Positions 1 to 9,836 are shown, counted from the first letter of the stretch. The stretch: DNA of 64,000 nt from Candidatus Magasanikbacteria bacterium GW2011_GWA2_56_11 (GCA_001004885.1 LCRX01000003.1:1650-65649), one strand, 5' to 3'. Translations and numbers: made by a program. Notes: generated by a model not told the origin, from the sequence alone.

Positions 1-1095
1 GAAAGTGGTATCCCGAAGGACCCAACTTTCATCCAGTGCTCTACCACCGGAGGGATCATACGCAGCTAGCCCAAAAGCTATTTCGAGGAGAACCAGCTAT
101 TACCGAGTTCGATTAGAATTTCTCTCCTATCCACAGCTCATCCCCTTGTGTTGCACAGCAAGTGGGTTCGGACCTCCCCCTGTATCTCTACAGGGCTCAT
201 CCTGGCCATGGATTGCGCACCCGGTTTCGGGTCTACTCATTGCGACTAAACGCCCTTTCAGACTTGGTTTCCCTTCGGCTCCGTCCCAGAAGGACTTAAC
301 CTTGCCGCACCGAGTAACTCGTAGGCTCATTCTTCAATAGGAACACCGTCACCCTTGCAGGCTCCGGCTCATTGTAAGCGCACGGTTTCAGGATCTATTT
401 CACCGCCCTCGCCGGGCTGCTTTTCACCTTTCCCTCGCGGTACTGGTTCACTATCGATCACTGTGAGTATTTAGCCTTAGACCATAGTCGGCCTTGCTTC
501 CGACGAGATTTCTCGTGTCTCGCCGTACTCAAGAACAAGAACGATACTGGGTCTATGTATTTCGTCTACAGGATTATCACCTTCTAAGATGCTCCGTTCC
601 AGGAGTCTTCGACTATACATGGACACGCAATATTCAGTTTTATCAGGAAACTGAAGTTCTTATCTTTCTACACCTGTACTGCAACGGCCTGCCCTTTAAG
701 GCACCGCGTCGAAAAAAGTCAAAGACTCCTTTTTTCGCGATGCCAACACAGTATAGGTTTAGGCTCTTCCCCTTTCGCTCGCCACTACTAAGGGAATCAT
801 GCTCTCACAAATTCCTAATATCTAACTCCAACCCTTGCGGATTGGAAATTAGAAATTAGGAATTGAAAGTGAGGCTTGTCGTATTTTCTTTTCCTCTGGC
901 TACTGAGATGTTTCACTTCACCAGGTTGTCTCCGTATGCCTATGGATTCAGCATACAGTGTTCAATAAAATTGAACGGGTTCCCCCATTGGGAAATCTCC
1001 GGATCAAAGGTTGCTTGCCACCTCCCCGAAGCTTATCGCAGGCTGCTACGTCCTTCTTCGTCTCACAGTGTCAAGGCATCCACCGCGCGCTCTTA
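1..1095 (-). rRNA. rrl: 23S rRNA, 5' portion (partial; continues beyond the window start)
   Basis: Minus-strand sequence matches universally conserved 23S blocks: GGTAATAGCTGGTTCTCCTCGAAATAGCTTT, GGTGGTAGAGCACTGG, GATTCCCTTAGTAGTGGCGAGCGAAAGGGG, GAAGTGAAACATCTCAGTA. The 5' end lies near GGATGCCTTGAC around 1060-1095. Confidence 0.85.
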
Positions 1096-1263
1096 ACACA
1101 CTACAGAAGCACACAATGGTGCTTCCTGAACCTAATTATTGGTTTGGTAAATTGTAATGATCAGTCAGCACGCTCGCTTTGCAGGATTCCTGTCACAGAC
1201 CGAATACCTATTCCTGCTTACGCATCCGGTCTGTAATAAGAACTTTGTCCGCCGCCCCGATTC

Positions 1264-1297
1264 CCGAAAAAAAAGACCGCAGTCAAGCGGTCAAGCA
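1264..1297 (-). terminator. Rho-independent terminator, minus strand: gaccgc-ttgact-gcggtc followed by T8
   Basis: A hairpin followed by 8 T residues on the minus strand. Confidence 0.45.
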
Positions 1298-1437
1298 ACG
1301 TCATCGTTGAGTCTTAACAGCTTGGAGATTCTGAGTATGTCGGAAATTGAAGCATGCGGTTAAATGGTTCAATTAGCGTACCCAGAGGTCCGAAGCTTTG
1401 GACATGGTCCCGACCAAATCGGGATTTAGACGTGTGG

Positions 1438-1468
1438 CCATTGTATATTATGACCAAAAGGTTGTCAA
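1438..1468 (-). promoter_or_regulatory. Sigma70-like promoter, minus strand (TTGACA-17 bp-TACAAT), upstream of the 23S 5' end
   Basis: The minus strand reads TTGACAaccttttggtcataataTACAAT. A hairpin plus T8 terminator (1264-1297, minus strand) lies between this promoter and the 23S start, so the promoter's target is uncertain. Confidence 0.35.
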
Positions 1469-1530
1469 GAGGGGTTACAGGGAGTAAAATGTGGATAAGT
1501 TTTAAGCCAAATTTTGCCCAACCAAGCGGT

Positions 1531-2001
1531 ATGCTGAACCTACGGTTAATCGTGATCGGCAAATACAAAGAAACCTACTGGAAGCAGGCAGAGGCAGAGT
1601 ACCTCAAGCGCCTCAAACCCTATGCCCGGCTCGTTATTCATGAGATCGCCGAAGAGCCGTTTCGAAACGCGGCTGAACGAGAACGCATACAAATAAAAGA
1701 AGCCGAAAAAATCCAAAAACTGGTGCCGGACGGCAGCTTTACCATCGCGCTTCATGAACGCGGCCGTGGGTATACCTCGCGTGAACTGGCGGACTTTTTG
1801 TCCTCACTGAGTTTGCGTGGAGAGACGCTCACATTCATCATCGGCGGACCTCTTGGTCTGCACGAAAACCTGCTTAAAACAGCCGGCTGCCAGCTGTCGC
1901 TCTCGCCCTTGACTTTCCCCCACCAAATGGCGCGGGTAGCGCTCCTTGAACAGCTGTACCGGGCTGCCACGATCTTGAACGGCAAGACATACCACTATTA
2001 A
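1531..2001 (+). CDS. rlmH: 23S rRNA (pseudouridine1915-N3)-methyltransferase RlmH (SPOUT family)
   Basis: The protein MLNLRLIVIGK...FIIGGPLGL...LSLSPLTFPHQMARVALLEQLYRA follows the RlmH/YbeA pattern. The internal ATG at 1531 was chosen as the start. Confidence 0.8.
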   Translation: MLNLRLIVIGKYKETYWKQAEAEYLKRLKPYARLVIHEIAEEPFRNAAERERIQIKEAEKIQKLVPDGSFTIALHERGRGYTSRELADFLSSLSLRGETLTFIIGGPLGLHENLLKTAGCQLSLSPLTFPHQMARVALLEQLYRAATILNGKTYHY

Positions 2002-2061
2002 TTATTGACATCCCTGGGCCGCCGGCGTAGGGTAAACAAGCTTCAATCTTTTTTTCTTTTT

Positions 2062-2883
2062 ATGTCCGCGTTTACCGATGCCCAAACTCGCGATTATTAC
2101 GAATCCTACAGCGATGTTTATGCTTTGATCTGGAGCCAACAGATGCATACCGGCTATTTCGACCGGCCAAAAAACCTTGAAACTGCTTGCGCCGACATGA
2201 ATCATTACCTGGCAGCGGTTGCCGAAATAACCGCCGGTTCATCCGTTTTGAACGTCGGCTGCGGGCGCGGCGGTACCGACCGTTTTCTGGCCCGCCAGTT
2301 CGACGCCTCGGTTACCGGCATTGATATTAGCCAGCGGCAACTGGAAGAAGCGAGCCGTGAGGCCAAGCAAGCCGGCCTAGATAAAGCAATCAGGTACGAG
2401 TACGGCCTCATGACAGCGCTGCCCGCGGCCGACGCTTCGTTTGATTACGTCTGGGTGCAGGAGGCCCTCTTCCATTGCCACGACAAAAATCAGGCCGTGC
2501 GCGAATTCCACCGCGTGCTTAAACCCGGCGGGCGGGCGATTATTGAGGATACTGTGCTCCTCCACCCCGCCGCCAAGGCCGAGGTGATGGCCGCTTTCGG
2601 CGAACGCGTTTTTATCAACAGCCTTTCAACCAGCGCAGAGTATGAAGAGGCTTTCCTGGCTGCCGGTTTCCGGCTGGTTACAAAAAACGACTTGACCGAC
2701 CATTTAGCTTCTACCTACCGCGCCATCGCGGATTATATCGCGGCCAATATCCAGGAGTTAAAACAAAAAATCGACCAGAAATACTGGCCGACCCTGGAGA
2801 ATGACGGCGGCCGCGAGCGCACTCTGAAATTGGTCGAGGAGGACAAACTCGGCTGTGTCTGTCTGGTGTTCGAAAAAAGTTAG
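2062..2883 (+). CDS. Class I SAM-dependent methyltransferase
   Basis: SAM-binding motif VLNVGCGRGG, acidic loop VTGIDIS and motif LKPGGRAII are present. Confidence 0.7.
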   Translation: MSAFTDAQTRDYYESYSDVYALIWSQQMHTGYFDRPKNLETACADMNHYLAAVAEITAGSSVLNVGCGRGGTDRFLARQFDASVTGIDISQRQLEEASREAKQAGLDKAIRYEYGLMTALPAADASFDYVWVQEALFHCHDKNQAVREFHRVLKPGGRAIIEDTVLLHPAAKAEVMAAFGERVFINSLSTSAEYEEAFLAAGFRLVTKNDLTDHLASTYRAIADYIAANIQELKQKIDQKYWPTLENDGGRERTLKLVEEDKLGCVCLVFEKS

Positions 2884-4490
2884 CGGGCCGACAACTTCCG
2901 GTCAAGCCCCAAAACCCGGAGAATCCTCTCCGGCGAGAGAGCCTGAAACTCGGCTCGTCTGTCCGGCGAGGAATACAATACGTTATAGATATCCGGCAGC
3001 AGCGGACTCATCGCCTCGGACAAGGTGATTTTTTTTGCCAATTCCACAAAATGACCGTAACGTCCGGCGGACTGTTCGATTAGCATGTCGATGCCTGTGG
3101 CCGGCGACAGCCCCTGTTCGGCATCTCCCATGTAAGCGAGCACCATGCCGTCGCCTCCCAGCTCCTTAGTCTGGACCGGCAAGACAGCCGCCGCTTCGGT
3201 TTCTTCACCGACCGCGGCCAAAAAACCGCGCCAGGCTTCTTTGAGCATGGTCAGATCATTTACCTGGCTAAATCCTCCCAGGCACTTTACGCCGTAATAT
3301 AACGAAACCACCAGGTAGCACAGAGCCATACTCGGAAAAATTTGTTTGCGCGCCAGCGCTTCCTGAATCGCCTCCGGCGTCAGGGCGATCACGTGTTCGC
3401 CGCTATCGGAGCGCAGTTCGCCGTCTTTGAGAATCAGCCGAACGCGGTGCAATCGTTGATCCACCGCCCAAAAAAAATAGGTGCCCCAGCCGTTCTCAAG
3501 CGAGAAGCCGCCCGGCAGGTTATTAAAAAACCGCTGGGCCAAATTCTGGTGCCCGGGGTCAAAAAAGAGACGATACAAAAGCGACTCGGAATTTGTGAGG
3601 TGAAAACGCAGCAGGAGTTCATTCACCAGGGTTTCGATTTCGAGATAAATCAAATCCGGAATCCTCCCGGAGGGCCGGACGGGAGTCGCCGCCTCCGGCT
3701 GGTGGTGAAAAATAGCCGGCCACAGGTCGTAATTGATCTTCGTTACTTGAGCGGCAAAATCTGGCGCGGCCAAAACCGAAGGCAGAGAAAAATAACGATC
3801 GAGGACCTCCCCGATGCGCTGCGCGCGCCGGGCGGCAATCTCGCCGCTTTTTTGCTTCAGAGCGAGCTGCGCTTTGGCTTTGGCTATCTCTTTGTCGGCA
3901 AAAGCCGGCGCGCCATAGACCACCGACATCTTGAGCCGGTCGGGCAGGATGGGCAAACGGACAAGCACTCCGGCGCCATTGTCCTGGCTGTGAAAAACCA
4001 GACCGCGGGGGAATGAAGTATTGTTTACCGAAATGCTCGCGAAAGAAAAACTGACCAAATATGGAAGGTCGGGGCCGGACTGGTCAAAGTACGGCAAAGC
4101 TGAAATGATGTTTGAATTGACGAAAAACGGGTGGGTGATGGGGCCGTGATGGTCGGCAGTCGACACCAAGGGAAGACGCCCAAGCTGTCGGGCCACTGCG
4201 TCGCCGACATCCGCGCCGAGACGCGCGGTAACAAGTTCTCTGGCGACAGTAACCAAATCCTGTTTGCGGGTGTCTAAATGCGGAGTTTTGTTAACATCGG
4301 TAAAATCTTTCGCGTAGTCGTAAAGAGTTTTGCCGGCGTGCTTGCGCATGATCTCGCCGAGAATCGGCCGCCGCTGCCAGATATGCGTTTTCATCTCTTC
4401 GAAAACGGATAGCAGGTCAGTGCCAGTCTGTGCCGGTGATAAGCTCTCTGTGAGAGGATTAATGTCGAGGTTGGCCTCGCTAAGGGGCAT
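2880..4490 (-). CDS. Hypothetical protein (536 aa), no recognisable motif
   Basis: A long uninterrupted ORF with coding-like composition. No family was recognised. Confidence 0.5.
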   Translation of the reverse strand: MPLSEANLDINPLTESLSPAQTGTDLLSVFEEMKTHIWQRRPILGEIMRKHAGKTLYDYAKDFTDVNKTPHLDTRKQDLVTVARELVTARLGADVGDAVARQLGRLPLVSTADHHGPITHPFFVNSNIISALPYFDQSGPDLPYLVSFSFASISVNNTSFPRGLVFHSQDNGAGVLVRLPILPDRLKMSVVYGAPAFADKEIAKAKAQLALKQKSGEIAARRAQRIGEVLDRYFSLPSVLAAPDFAAQVTKINYDLWPAIFHHQPEAATPVRPSGRIPDLIYLEIETLVNELLLRFHLTNSESLLYRLFFDPGHQNLAQRFFNNLPGGFSLENGWGTYFFWAVDQRLHRVRLILKDGELRSDSGEHVIALTPEAIQEALARKQIFPSMALCYLVVSLYYGVKCLGGFSQVNDLTMLKEAWRGFLAAVGEETEAAAVLPVQTKELGGDGMVLAYMGDAEQGLSPATGIDMLIEQSAGRYGHFVELAKKITLSEAMSPLLPDIYNVLYSSPDRRAEFQALSPERILRVLGLDRKLSAR

Positions 4491-4605
4491 AGGGGGGATT
4501 TTGAAACCAAGCCAGTATAAGAGAAAAACCTAAATCCGTCAAGGGATAGGCAAATTTTAATTTTAAAATTAGCCCTGTAGGGGCTAATTCTGCTCGGGCC
4601 TAGGG

Positions 4606-4914
4606 CTAATAAACAGCTCTTTCCAAAGCCACAAGACAGGCGGCGCCGTCTTCGCACTCCCAAACTTTTACCAGCGTATGGCCCGGCAACACCCGGTGCG
4701 CTGCCGCGGCGAGCGCGCCGGTGCCGATGCCGTGGACGACCCGGCAATACAGTTTTCCTTCTTTATAAAGCAAAAACAACTCGCGTTCGAGCTGTTCTAT
4801 GGCGGCGGGGATAGTGCCGGCCTGGTGCAGATCAATAACCGCTATATTCGGGTCAAGACGGGCGGCGAGGAGACGGAAATAATTGTCATTCTGAGAATTC
4901 TTCGCTGCGCTCAT
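4606..4914 (-). CDS. Smr-domain protein
   Basis: IDLHQAGT...VVHGIGTGAL resembles the Smr signature IDLHG...IIHGKGTG. Confidence 0.55.
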   Translation of the reverse strand: MSAAKNSQNDNYFRLLAARLDPNIAVIDLHQAGTIPAAIEQLERELFLLYKEGKLYCRVVHGIGTGALAAAAHRVLPGHTLVKVWECEDGAACLVALERAVY

Positions 4915-4980
4915 AGCTTGCCGGGTAGGCGGAGTACAAATTAATTATAATCGGCTCTGCCAGGCTGTCGGCCGGCCATG

Positions 4981-5061
4981 TGCCGCGGGAGAGACTCGAA
5001 CTCTCATAGGTTGCCCTGCTTGCTCCTAAAGCAAGTGCGTCTACCATTTCGCCACCGCGGC
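4981..5061 (-). tRNA. tRNA-Leu (anticodon UAG)
   Basis: The minus strand reads GCCGCGGTGGCGAAATGGTAGACGCACTTGCTTTAGGAGCAAGCAGGGCAACCTATGAGAGTTCGAGTCTCTCCCGCGGCA. A 7-bp acceptor stem, a TTCGAGT T-loop, anticodon loop TTTAGGA and a long variable arm are all present. Confidence 0.8.
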
Positions 5062-5117
5062 CTGGGAGCGATTAAACCATACCGAAGCGATAAAATCAAG
5101 ACTGCTCGGCCAGCATA

Positions 5118-5150
5118 CTACCTGACACTGCGAAAATAAAGACCCCGAAA
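5118..5150 (-). terminator. Hairpin plus T-tract terminator following the minus-strand ORF that ends at 5172
   Basis: ggcccc-tttt-cggggtc followed by tttattttcg on the minus strand. Confidence 0.4.
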
Positions 5151-5171
5151 AGGGGCCTTTTAGCTTGGCTG

Positions 5172-6212
5172 TCATGTCTTGGCTGGAGTTCGAGGCGGCT
5201 TTTTCCCCCTGGCTCGAGCCAATCTCTTTATCTCCGCGTCGTACACAAATCTTAATTCATGAGGAGGGACATTACCAATAATCGCCCCCATCTGCCGCAT
5301 GGAAGCAGCATCTATCTCTTGGTCCCTTTTTTGTATTTCCGCCTTTATCGTGTCTTCTTCTTTTCTCTTTCTGGCCATAAATTCGTTGTACACCCGCTCT
5401 CGCGCGGCAGATTTTTTCGCCCTTAATTCTAGCTCCGCGCGTAACCTTTTTGATTTGCCGGATTGTTTAACCCCTTCCCTGCGACCACGGTCTTTATAAC
5501 CGCCAAATTCCATGACCACCTCTTTGCCCATACCCACCGTAGGTACGTTGTAGGGCGAAGAGTCGTCATTATGCTCGGAGTGGATCCAGCCTGATTCTAG
5601 TAGTGATTCGCTTCGGGCCGCCCGGTCCCCTCCCGTTACCGCTCCATGATCCTTCCCTGGTTCTATAGCCGCCGGCTTGATTTCTTGTTCTCCCCTTAGT
5701 CCATCCCCAGATGGTTTAGCCTCAGGAAGAGAATGAACTCCGGGTCGGCGGCCTTCTTCTGGGACAGAATCAACCGGAACTTGAGGATAATCCGAAATGT
5801 AGTCATCGCCTTCGCCGTTGTCTGCCCCCATCTCTTCGCGGTACAATAGTTCCTCTTCAGGGGTCCTTCCGCCATCAGGTAATTGTTCTACCGGCACAAA
5901 ATCGCCGCCGACGCGAGGCTGAAAACTGGCTGCGGCTGTCCGGCCATGCCTGCGGTGTGTTTTTAGCCCTGGCGGATCCCCAATCTTGGGGTTGTCGCTC
6001 GTACCCTTAGGTTCGGCATCACCCCAACTTTCCGCCGGTATATAGCGGCCCGAATCTGCGCGGGCAATTTCGCCAAAAGCATCCTGGCTAGGGTGTATTC
6101 CCAAAGTATCCCGGGAAGGATCCTCGCTCGGAGCTTTTTCAGGCCTGGATCTTTTAGGTGGCTTCCACCCGAACAACCCCCAGGGATTTTCACCTGCCGG
6201 TATACGTCGCAT
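5172..6212 (-). CDS. Hypothetical low-complexity, acidic/charged (likely disordered) protein
   Basis: A 346-aa ORF rich in E/D/G/P/R with a basic C-terminus. No domain was recognised. Confidence 0.4.
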   Translation of the reverse strand: MRRIPAGENPWGLFGWKPPKRSRPEKAPSEDPSRDTLGIHPSQDAFGEIARADSGRYIPAESWGDAEPKGTSDNPKIGDPPGLKTHRRHGRTAAASFQPRVGGDFVPVEQLPDGGRTPEEELLYREEMGADNGEGDDYISDYPQVPVDSVPEEGRRPGVHSLPEAKPSGDGLRGEQEIKPAAIEPGKDHGAVTGGDRAARSESLLESGWIHSEHNDDSSPYNVPTVGMGKEVVMEFGGYKDRGRREGVKQSGKSKRLRAELELRAKKSAARERVYNEFMARKRKEEDTIKAEIQKRDQEIDAASMRQMGAIIGNVPPHELRFVYDAEIKRLARARGKKPPRTPAKT

Positions 6213-6265
6213 ATGTCTTAATATTAATAAGCAGTACGATAAAAGTATAACAAATATTTAAATGA

Positions 6266-6294
6266 CCAACAAAAAAGGACCCATCATGGGTCCT
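6266..6294. terminator. Bidirectional hairpin terminator (aaaaaaggaccc-atcat-gggtcctttttt) downstream of pnp
   Basis: A perfect hairpin flanked by an A-run on one side and a T-run on the other. Confidence 0.6.
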
Positions 6295-6300
6295 TTTTTG

Positions 6301-8520
6301 CTACCGATCCCGAAACGGCCGACGCGGGCCGCCGAACGGCTTGCCGCCGCCCGGGCGCGGGCCGCGGTCAAACGTCGGCGGGGTCCAGCCTTCCGGTTTG
6401 GGCTTGAGTTCTTTCATGGTGAGATTGACGCGGCCGAGGTTGTCTATTTCCCTGACCTTGACCTGCACCTTGTCGCCCATCTTGAGCACATCCGACGGAC
6501 GACCGACGCGCTCCCAGGAAATTTCGCTTACATGAACGAGTCCATCCTTGTTGGGAAGAATCTGCACAAAGGCGCCAAAATCCTCAAGGCGCACCACGGT
6601 GCCGTCGTAAATCTCGCCCGGAGCCACCTCTTTGGTCAGGTCCTGCACCATCTTGATGGCGCGCTTCATGCCCTCGCTGTCGTTTGAAGTAATCATCACG
6701 CGGCCGTCCTGCTCGATGTCTATCTGGACGCCAGTCTCGTCAATAATCTTGTTAATAATCTTGCCTCCCGGACCGATCACGTCGCGAATCTTTTCCGGAT
6801 CAATCATAATGGTCTCAATGCGCGGGGCATACGGCGAAAGATCCGGCCGCGGCGCCGGGATAACCTTGGCCATGGCGTCGAGAATTTCGAGGCGGGCGCG
6901 GTAGGCCTGCTCGATAGTCTGCTTCACGATATCCCACGACAGACCCAGGGTCTTGGTGTCCATCTGAACAGCGGTAACGCCGTCGCGCGTGCCGGTGATC
7001 TTGAAGTCCATGCCGCCCGGACCGTCCTCCACGTCCTGCAGGTCGGTCAAAACTTTCCAATTGCCGGCCGTATCCGAGGCCAACCCCATGGCAATGCCGC
7101 CGACCGGTTTTTTGATCGGCACGCCGGCCGCCATCAGGGACAGGGTAGAACCGCAAGTAGAGGCCATCGAACTCGAACCGTTCGAGCCGAGCACCTCGGA
7201 GACGACGCGGATAGCGTACGGAAAATCTATTTCCGGCGGCAAGACCGGTTCCAAAGCGCGCTCGGCAAGCGCGCCGTGGCCGATAGCCCGGCGGCCCGGA
7301 CCGCGCAGCGGCCCGGTTTCGCCGTAGGTGAACGGCGCGTCGTTGTAGTGGTGCATGTAGCGCTTCTTGCCTTCTTCTTCCATCGTGTCAAGCGTCTGCA
7401 CGTCGCCCGGAGCGCCGAGCGTGGTCAGCGAGAGCACTTGCGTGTCGCCGCGCATAAACATAGCCGAGCCGTGCACGCGCGGCGGCAGGGCGTCAACTTC
7501 GATGTTAAGTTCGCGAATCTGCTCCAGGGCGCGGCCGTCCAGGCGCTGCCCGGTCTGCAAAATCCTCTTGGTCACTTCGCGCTGGACATAAAGCTTCACG
7601 TTCTTTAGAACCGGCTTGTAGTTGTCTTCTTCTATGCCCTCTGCGATCAAATGCGTTTTGAGCGCGGCGCTGATTTTCTCGATCATGCCGTAGCGGTCTT
7701 TGCGGTTGATCTTGGGCGAGTCAAAAATCATGGAATCGGCGACACTCGAAACGAACGCGGCGCCGAGTCCGTCTACGCGGCGGGCAAGCTCTTCTTCGTC
7801 CGACTGAGGACCAGCGGGTACGGCATCTTTGACCGTGCCCAAATCGGACTGGATAGTTTTAATGAGGTCAATCACCGGCTGAAGCTGGCTGCAGCCCCAC
7901 TTCATGGCTTCGTACATATCGGTCTCGGCCACTTCGCGCGCGCCGGCCTCGGTCATGATAAGCTTGTCCGGCGTACCGGCCACGACCAGATCCAAGTCCC
8001 CGGTCTGTACCTCTTCGATAGTAGCGTTCAGGATAAACTGGCCGTCTTTGCGGCCGACCCGGGCCGCGGCGATCGGGCCGTTCCAGGGCACCGGAGAAAT
8101 GGCCGCGGCGCAGGAGGCGGCAATAAGAGCCACGATAGCGGCGTCATTCACCCCGTCAACCGACAACGCCGTCAACACCACCTGCACGTCGTTGCGAACA
8201 CGGTCGTCGAACAGCGGACGGATAGCGCGGTCAATCAGGCGCCCGGTAAGGATCGCCTCGTCGCTCGGACGGCCTTCGCGCTTGATAAAACGCGAGCCTT
8301 TGATTTTACCCGCGGCGTAGAGCTTCTCCTCGAAGTCCACCATGAGCGGAAAATAGTCTATCCCGTCGCGGATATTGCCGCTTTTGACGATAGTGGCCAG
8401 AATCACGGTGTCCCCATAGCGGACAGTGCATGATCCTTGCGCCTGAAGCGCGAGCTTGCCTACCTCGATTTCGAGTTTACGGCCGGCCCAATCCACCGAC
8501 CACTGACGAATGTTCAACAT
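6301..8520 (-). CDS. pnp: Polynucleotide phosphorylase (PNPase), with a C-terminal S1 domain and a Gly/Arg-rich tail
   Basis: The N-terminus MLNIRQWSVDWAGRKLEIEVGKLALQAQGS and the domain order (two RNase PH-like domains, KH, S1) are typical of PNPase. Confidence 0.9.
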   Translation of the reverse strand: MLNIRQWSVDWAGRKLEIEVGKLALQAQGSCTVRYGDTVILATIVKSGNIRDGIDYFPLMVDFEEKLYAAGKIKGSRFIKREGRPSDEAILTGRLIDRAIRPLFDDRVRNDVQVVLTALSVDGVNDAAIVALIAASCAAAISPVPWNGPIAAARVGRKDGQFILNATIEEVQTGDLDLVVAGTPDKLIMTEAGAREVAETDMYEAMKWGCSQLQPVIDLIKTIQSDLGTVKDAVPAGPQSDEEELARRVDGLGAAFVSSVADSMIFDSPKINRKDRYGMIEKISAALKTHLIAEGIEEDNYKPVLKNVKLYVQREVTKRILQTGQRLDGRALEQIRELNIEVDALPPRVHGSAMFMRGDTQVLSLTTLGAPGDVQTLDTMEEEGKKRYMHHYNDAPFTYGETGPLRGPGRRAIGHGALAERALEPVLPPEIDFPYAIRVVSEVLGSNGSSSMASTCGSTLSLMAAGVPIKKPVGGIAMGLASDTAGNWKVLTDLQDVEDGPGGMDFKITGTRDGVTAVQMDTKTLGLSWDIVKQTIEQAYRARLEILDAMAKVIPAPRPDLSPYAPRIETIMIDPEKIRDVIGPGGKIINKIIDETGVQIDIEQDGRVMITSNDSEGMKRAIKMVQDLTKEVAPGEIYDGTVVRLEDFGAFVQILPNKDGLVHVSEISWERVGRPSDVLKMGDKVQVKVREIDNLGRVNLTMKELKPKPEGWTPPTFDRGPRPGGGKPFGGPRRPFRDR

Positions 8521-8639
8521 AATTGTACTCCTCGCGCTGATCAAGAAGCGATAGATCCCCAAGGGACCTAGATGTCTCCCGACCAGCGAATTAATAAATT
8601 TAATTAGTTTAAGTTAGAAACTTAATAAGATTTTACCCC

Positions 8640-8751
8640 TAGTAGCGGCGGGGATAAGCCGTTTTCATTCCGCCAGCTGTCTGAGCTGTAAAGCAAGCGA
8701 GTTCTGCCGGAATTAAAACGGGTTATCCCCGCCGCTACGCCCCGGCCGGAG
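8640..8751. repeat. About 110-nt structured inverted-repeat element, copy 1 (long hairpin with a conserved 28-nt loop)
   Basis: tagtaGCGGCGGGGataaGCCGttttcattccgccagCTGTCTGAGCTGTAAAGCAAGCGAGTTctgccggaattaaaaCGGGttatCCCCGCCGCtacgcc. A second copy lies at 12066-12169. Confidence 0.6.
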
Positions 8752-8801
8752 CACTCCAGCTATCATCAAAACGCAAACTATAGACGATAGCGCAAAAACT
8801 C

Positions 8802-9371
8802 CTACTGCGAAGCAGCTCCCCGCTTCAATTCCCGCCTCCGGTCAACAATCAAAAATTTCTCTTTGTCCCGGCCCAGATCAAGAAAATCGTCCGCGGCCTC
8901 GATAAGCCGGCCGGAAGTAGTGCCGCCGAAAGCGGCCACCTCGACCTGTTTGCCCATGCTCTGAAGATAATCCACCAGCGGCAGATAGTCGCCGTCGCCC
9001 GAGACAATCACGATGGCGTCTAGGCTGGGCGCGAGCCGGATAGCGTCAACCGCGAGCCCCACGTCCCAGTCGGCCTTTTTAAGGCCCGTGGAAAAAATCT
9101 GCAAATCCTTTTCGCGCGTTTCAATGCCAAGATTATACAGCGCCTCGAAAAAAGGCTGCTCTTCTTTGGACTCGGTCCGGACCACGTAGGCTATAGAGCG
9201 AATCAGCTTGCGGTTCAAAACCGACTCTTTAACGATGTTGCCAAAATTCACTTTCATGCCGAAAAGATTTTTGGCCGAATAGTAGAGATTCTGTACATCA
9301 ATAAACACCCCAACACGTTGGTCGGGGTGCTTGAGCGGATGTCTGGTACTATCTTTCAGGTTCGGGCTCAT
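8802..9371 (-). CDS. NYN-domain (LabA/DUF88-like) protein, predicted ribonuclease
   Basis: VGVFIDVQNLYYS...IVIVSGDGDYLPLV matches the NYN fold signature. Confidence 0.65.
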   Translation of the reverse strand: MSPNLKDSTRHPLKHPDQRVGVFIDVQNLYYSAKNLFGMKVNFGNIVKESVLNRKLIRSIAYVVRTESKEEQPFFEALYNLGIETREKDLQIFSTGLKKADWDVGLAVDAIRLAPSLDAIVIVSGDGDYLPLVDYLQSMGKQVEVAAFGGTTSGRLIEAADDFLDLGRDKEKFLIVDRRRELKRGAASQ

Positions 9372-9696
9372 GAGATTCCTCGATTAGATCGGCGTCATCT
9401 TCTTTTTCTGCCGCGGTCTCGAACTGCTTGGCCTGCTTAAGTTTGAGTTTCTTGACCAGATCCTCGTACGAGGCGGCGTTCTCGCGCTGCAGATAGCGCA
9501 GCAGGCGGCGGCGTTCGCCGACCTTGCGCAACAGACCGCGGCGGGAAGAGTGATCCTTGGCGTGAGCCTTGAGGTGGCCCACCAACTCGTCAATTTCCGC
9601 GGTCAGAATAGCGATCTGGACCTCGGTCGACCCAGTGTCGCCTTTGTGGGTCTGGTACTTCTTGATGACGTTCAACTTTTTTTGCTTGGTCAGCAT
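9349..9696 (-). CDS. rpsO: 30S ribosomal protein S15, with an acidic C-terminal extension of about 25 aa
   Basis: GDTGSTEVQIAILTAEI...HSSRRGLLRKVGERRRLLRYL is the S15 signature. Confidence 0.85.
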   Translation of the reverse strand: MLTKQKKLNVIKKYQTHKGDTGSTEVQIAILTAEIDELVGHLKAHAKDHSSRRGLLRKVGERRRLLRYLQRENAASYEDLVKKLKLKQAKQFETAAEKEDDADLIEESHEPEPER

Positions 9697-9836
9697 ACAT
9701 GCATGGTATTATCGAGCGGGGGCGGGGCATGTCCCGCGGCCGTCCGGACCCGACCGAGTCGGGATTAGTAGATGGGATGATTATACCAGGAGAGGCCGAT
9801 TATGTCAAGGTATCACCGAGGAATCGAGGCTGAATC

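Noticed and set aside
5-1236. ORFs 5..340(+), 127..330(-), 494..859(+), 863..1096(+), 958..1236(+)
   Set aside because: They lie inside or antisense to the 23S rRNA. There is no coding signal, and the conserved rRNA blocks explain the sequence.
8640-8751. Hammerhead, twister or other small self-cleaving ribozyme in the conserved loop CTGTCTGAGCTG...AGCAAGCGAG
   Set aside because: CUGANGA/GAAA-type cores or twister signature blocks could not be placed consistently. The possibility is left as an unclassified structured element.
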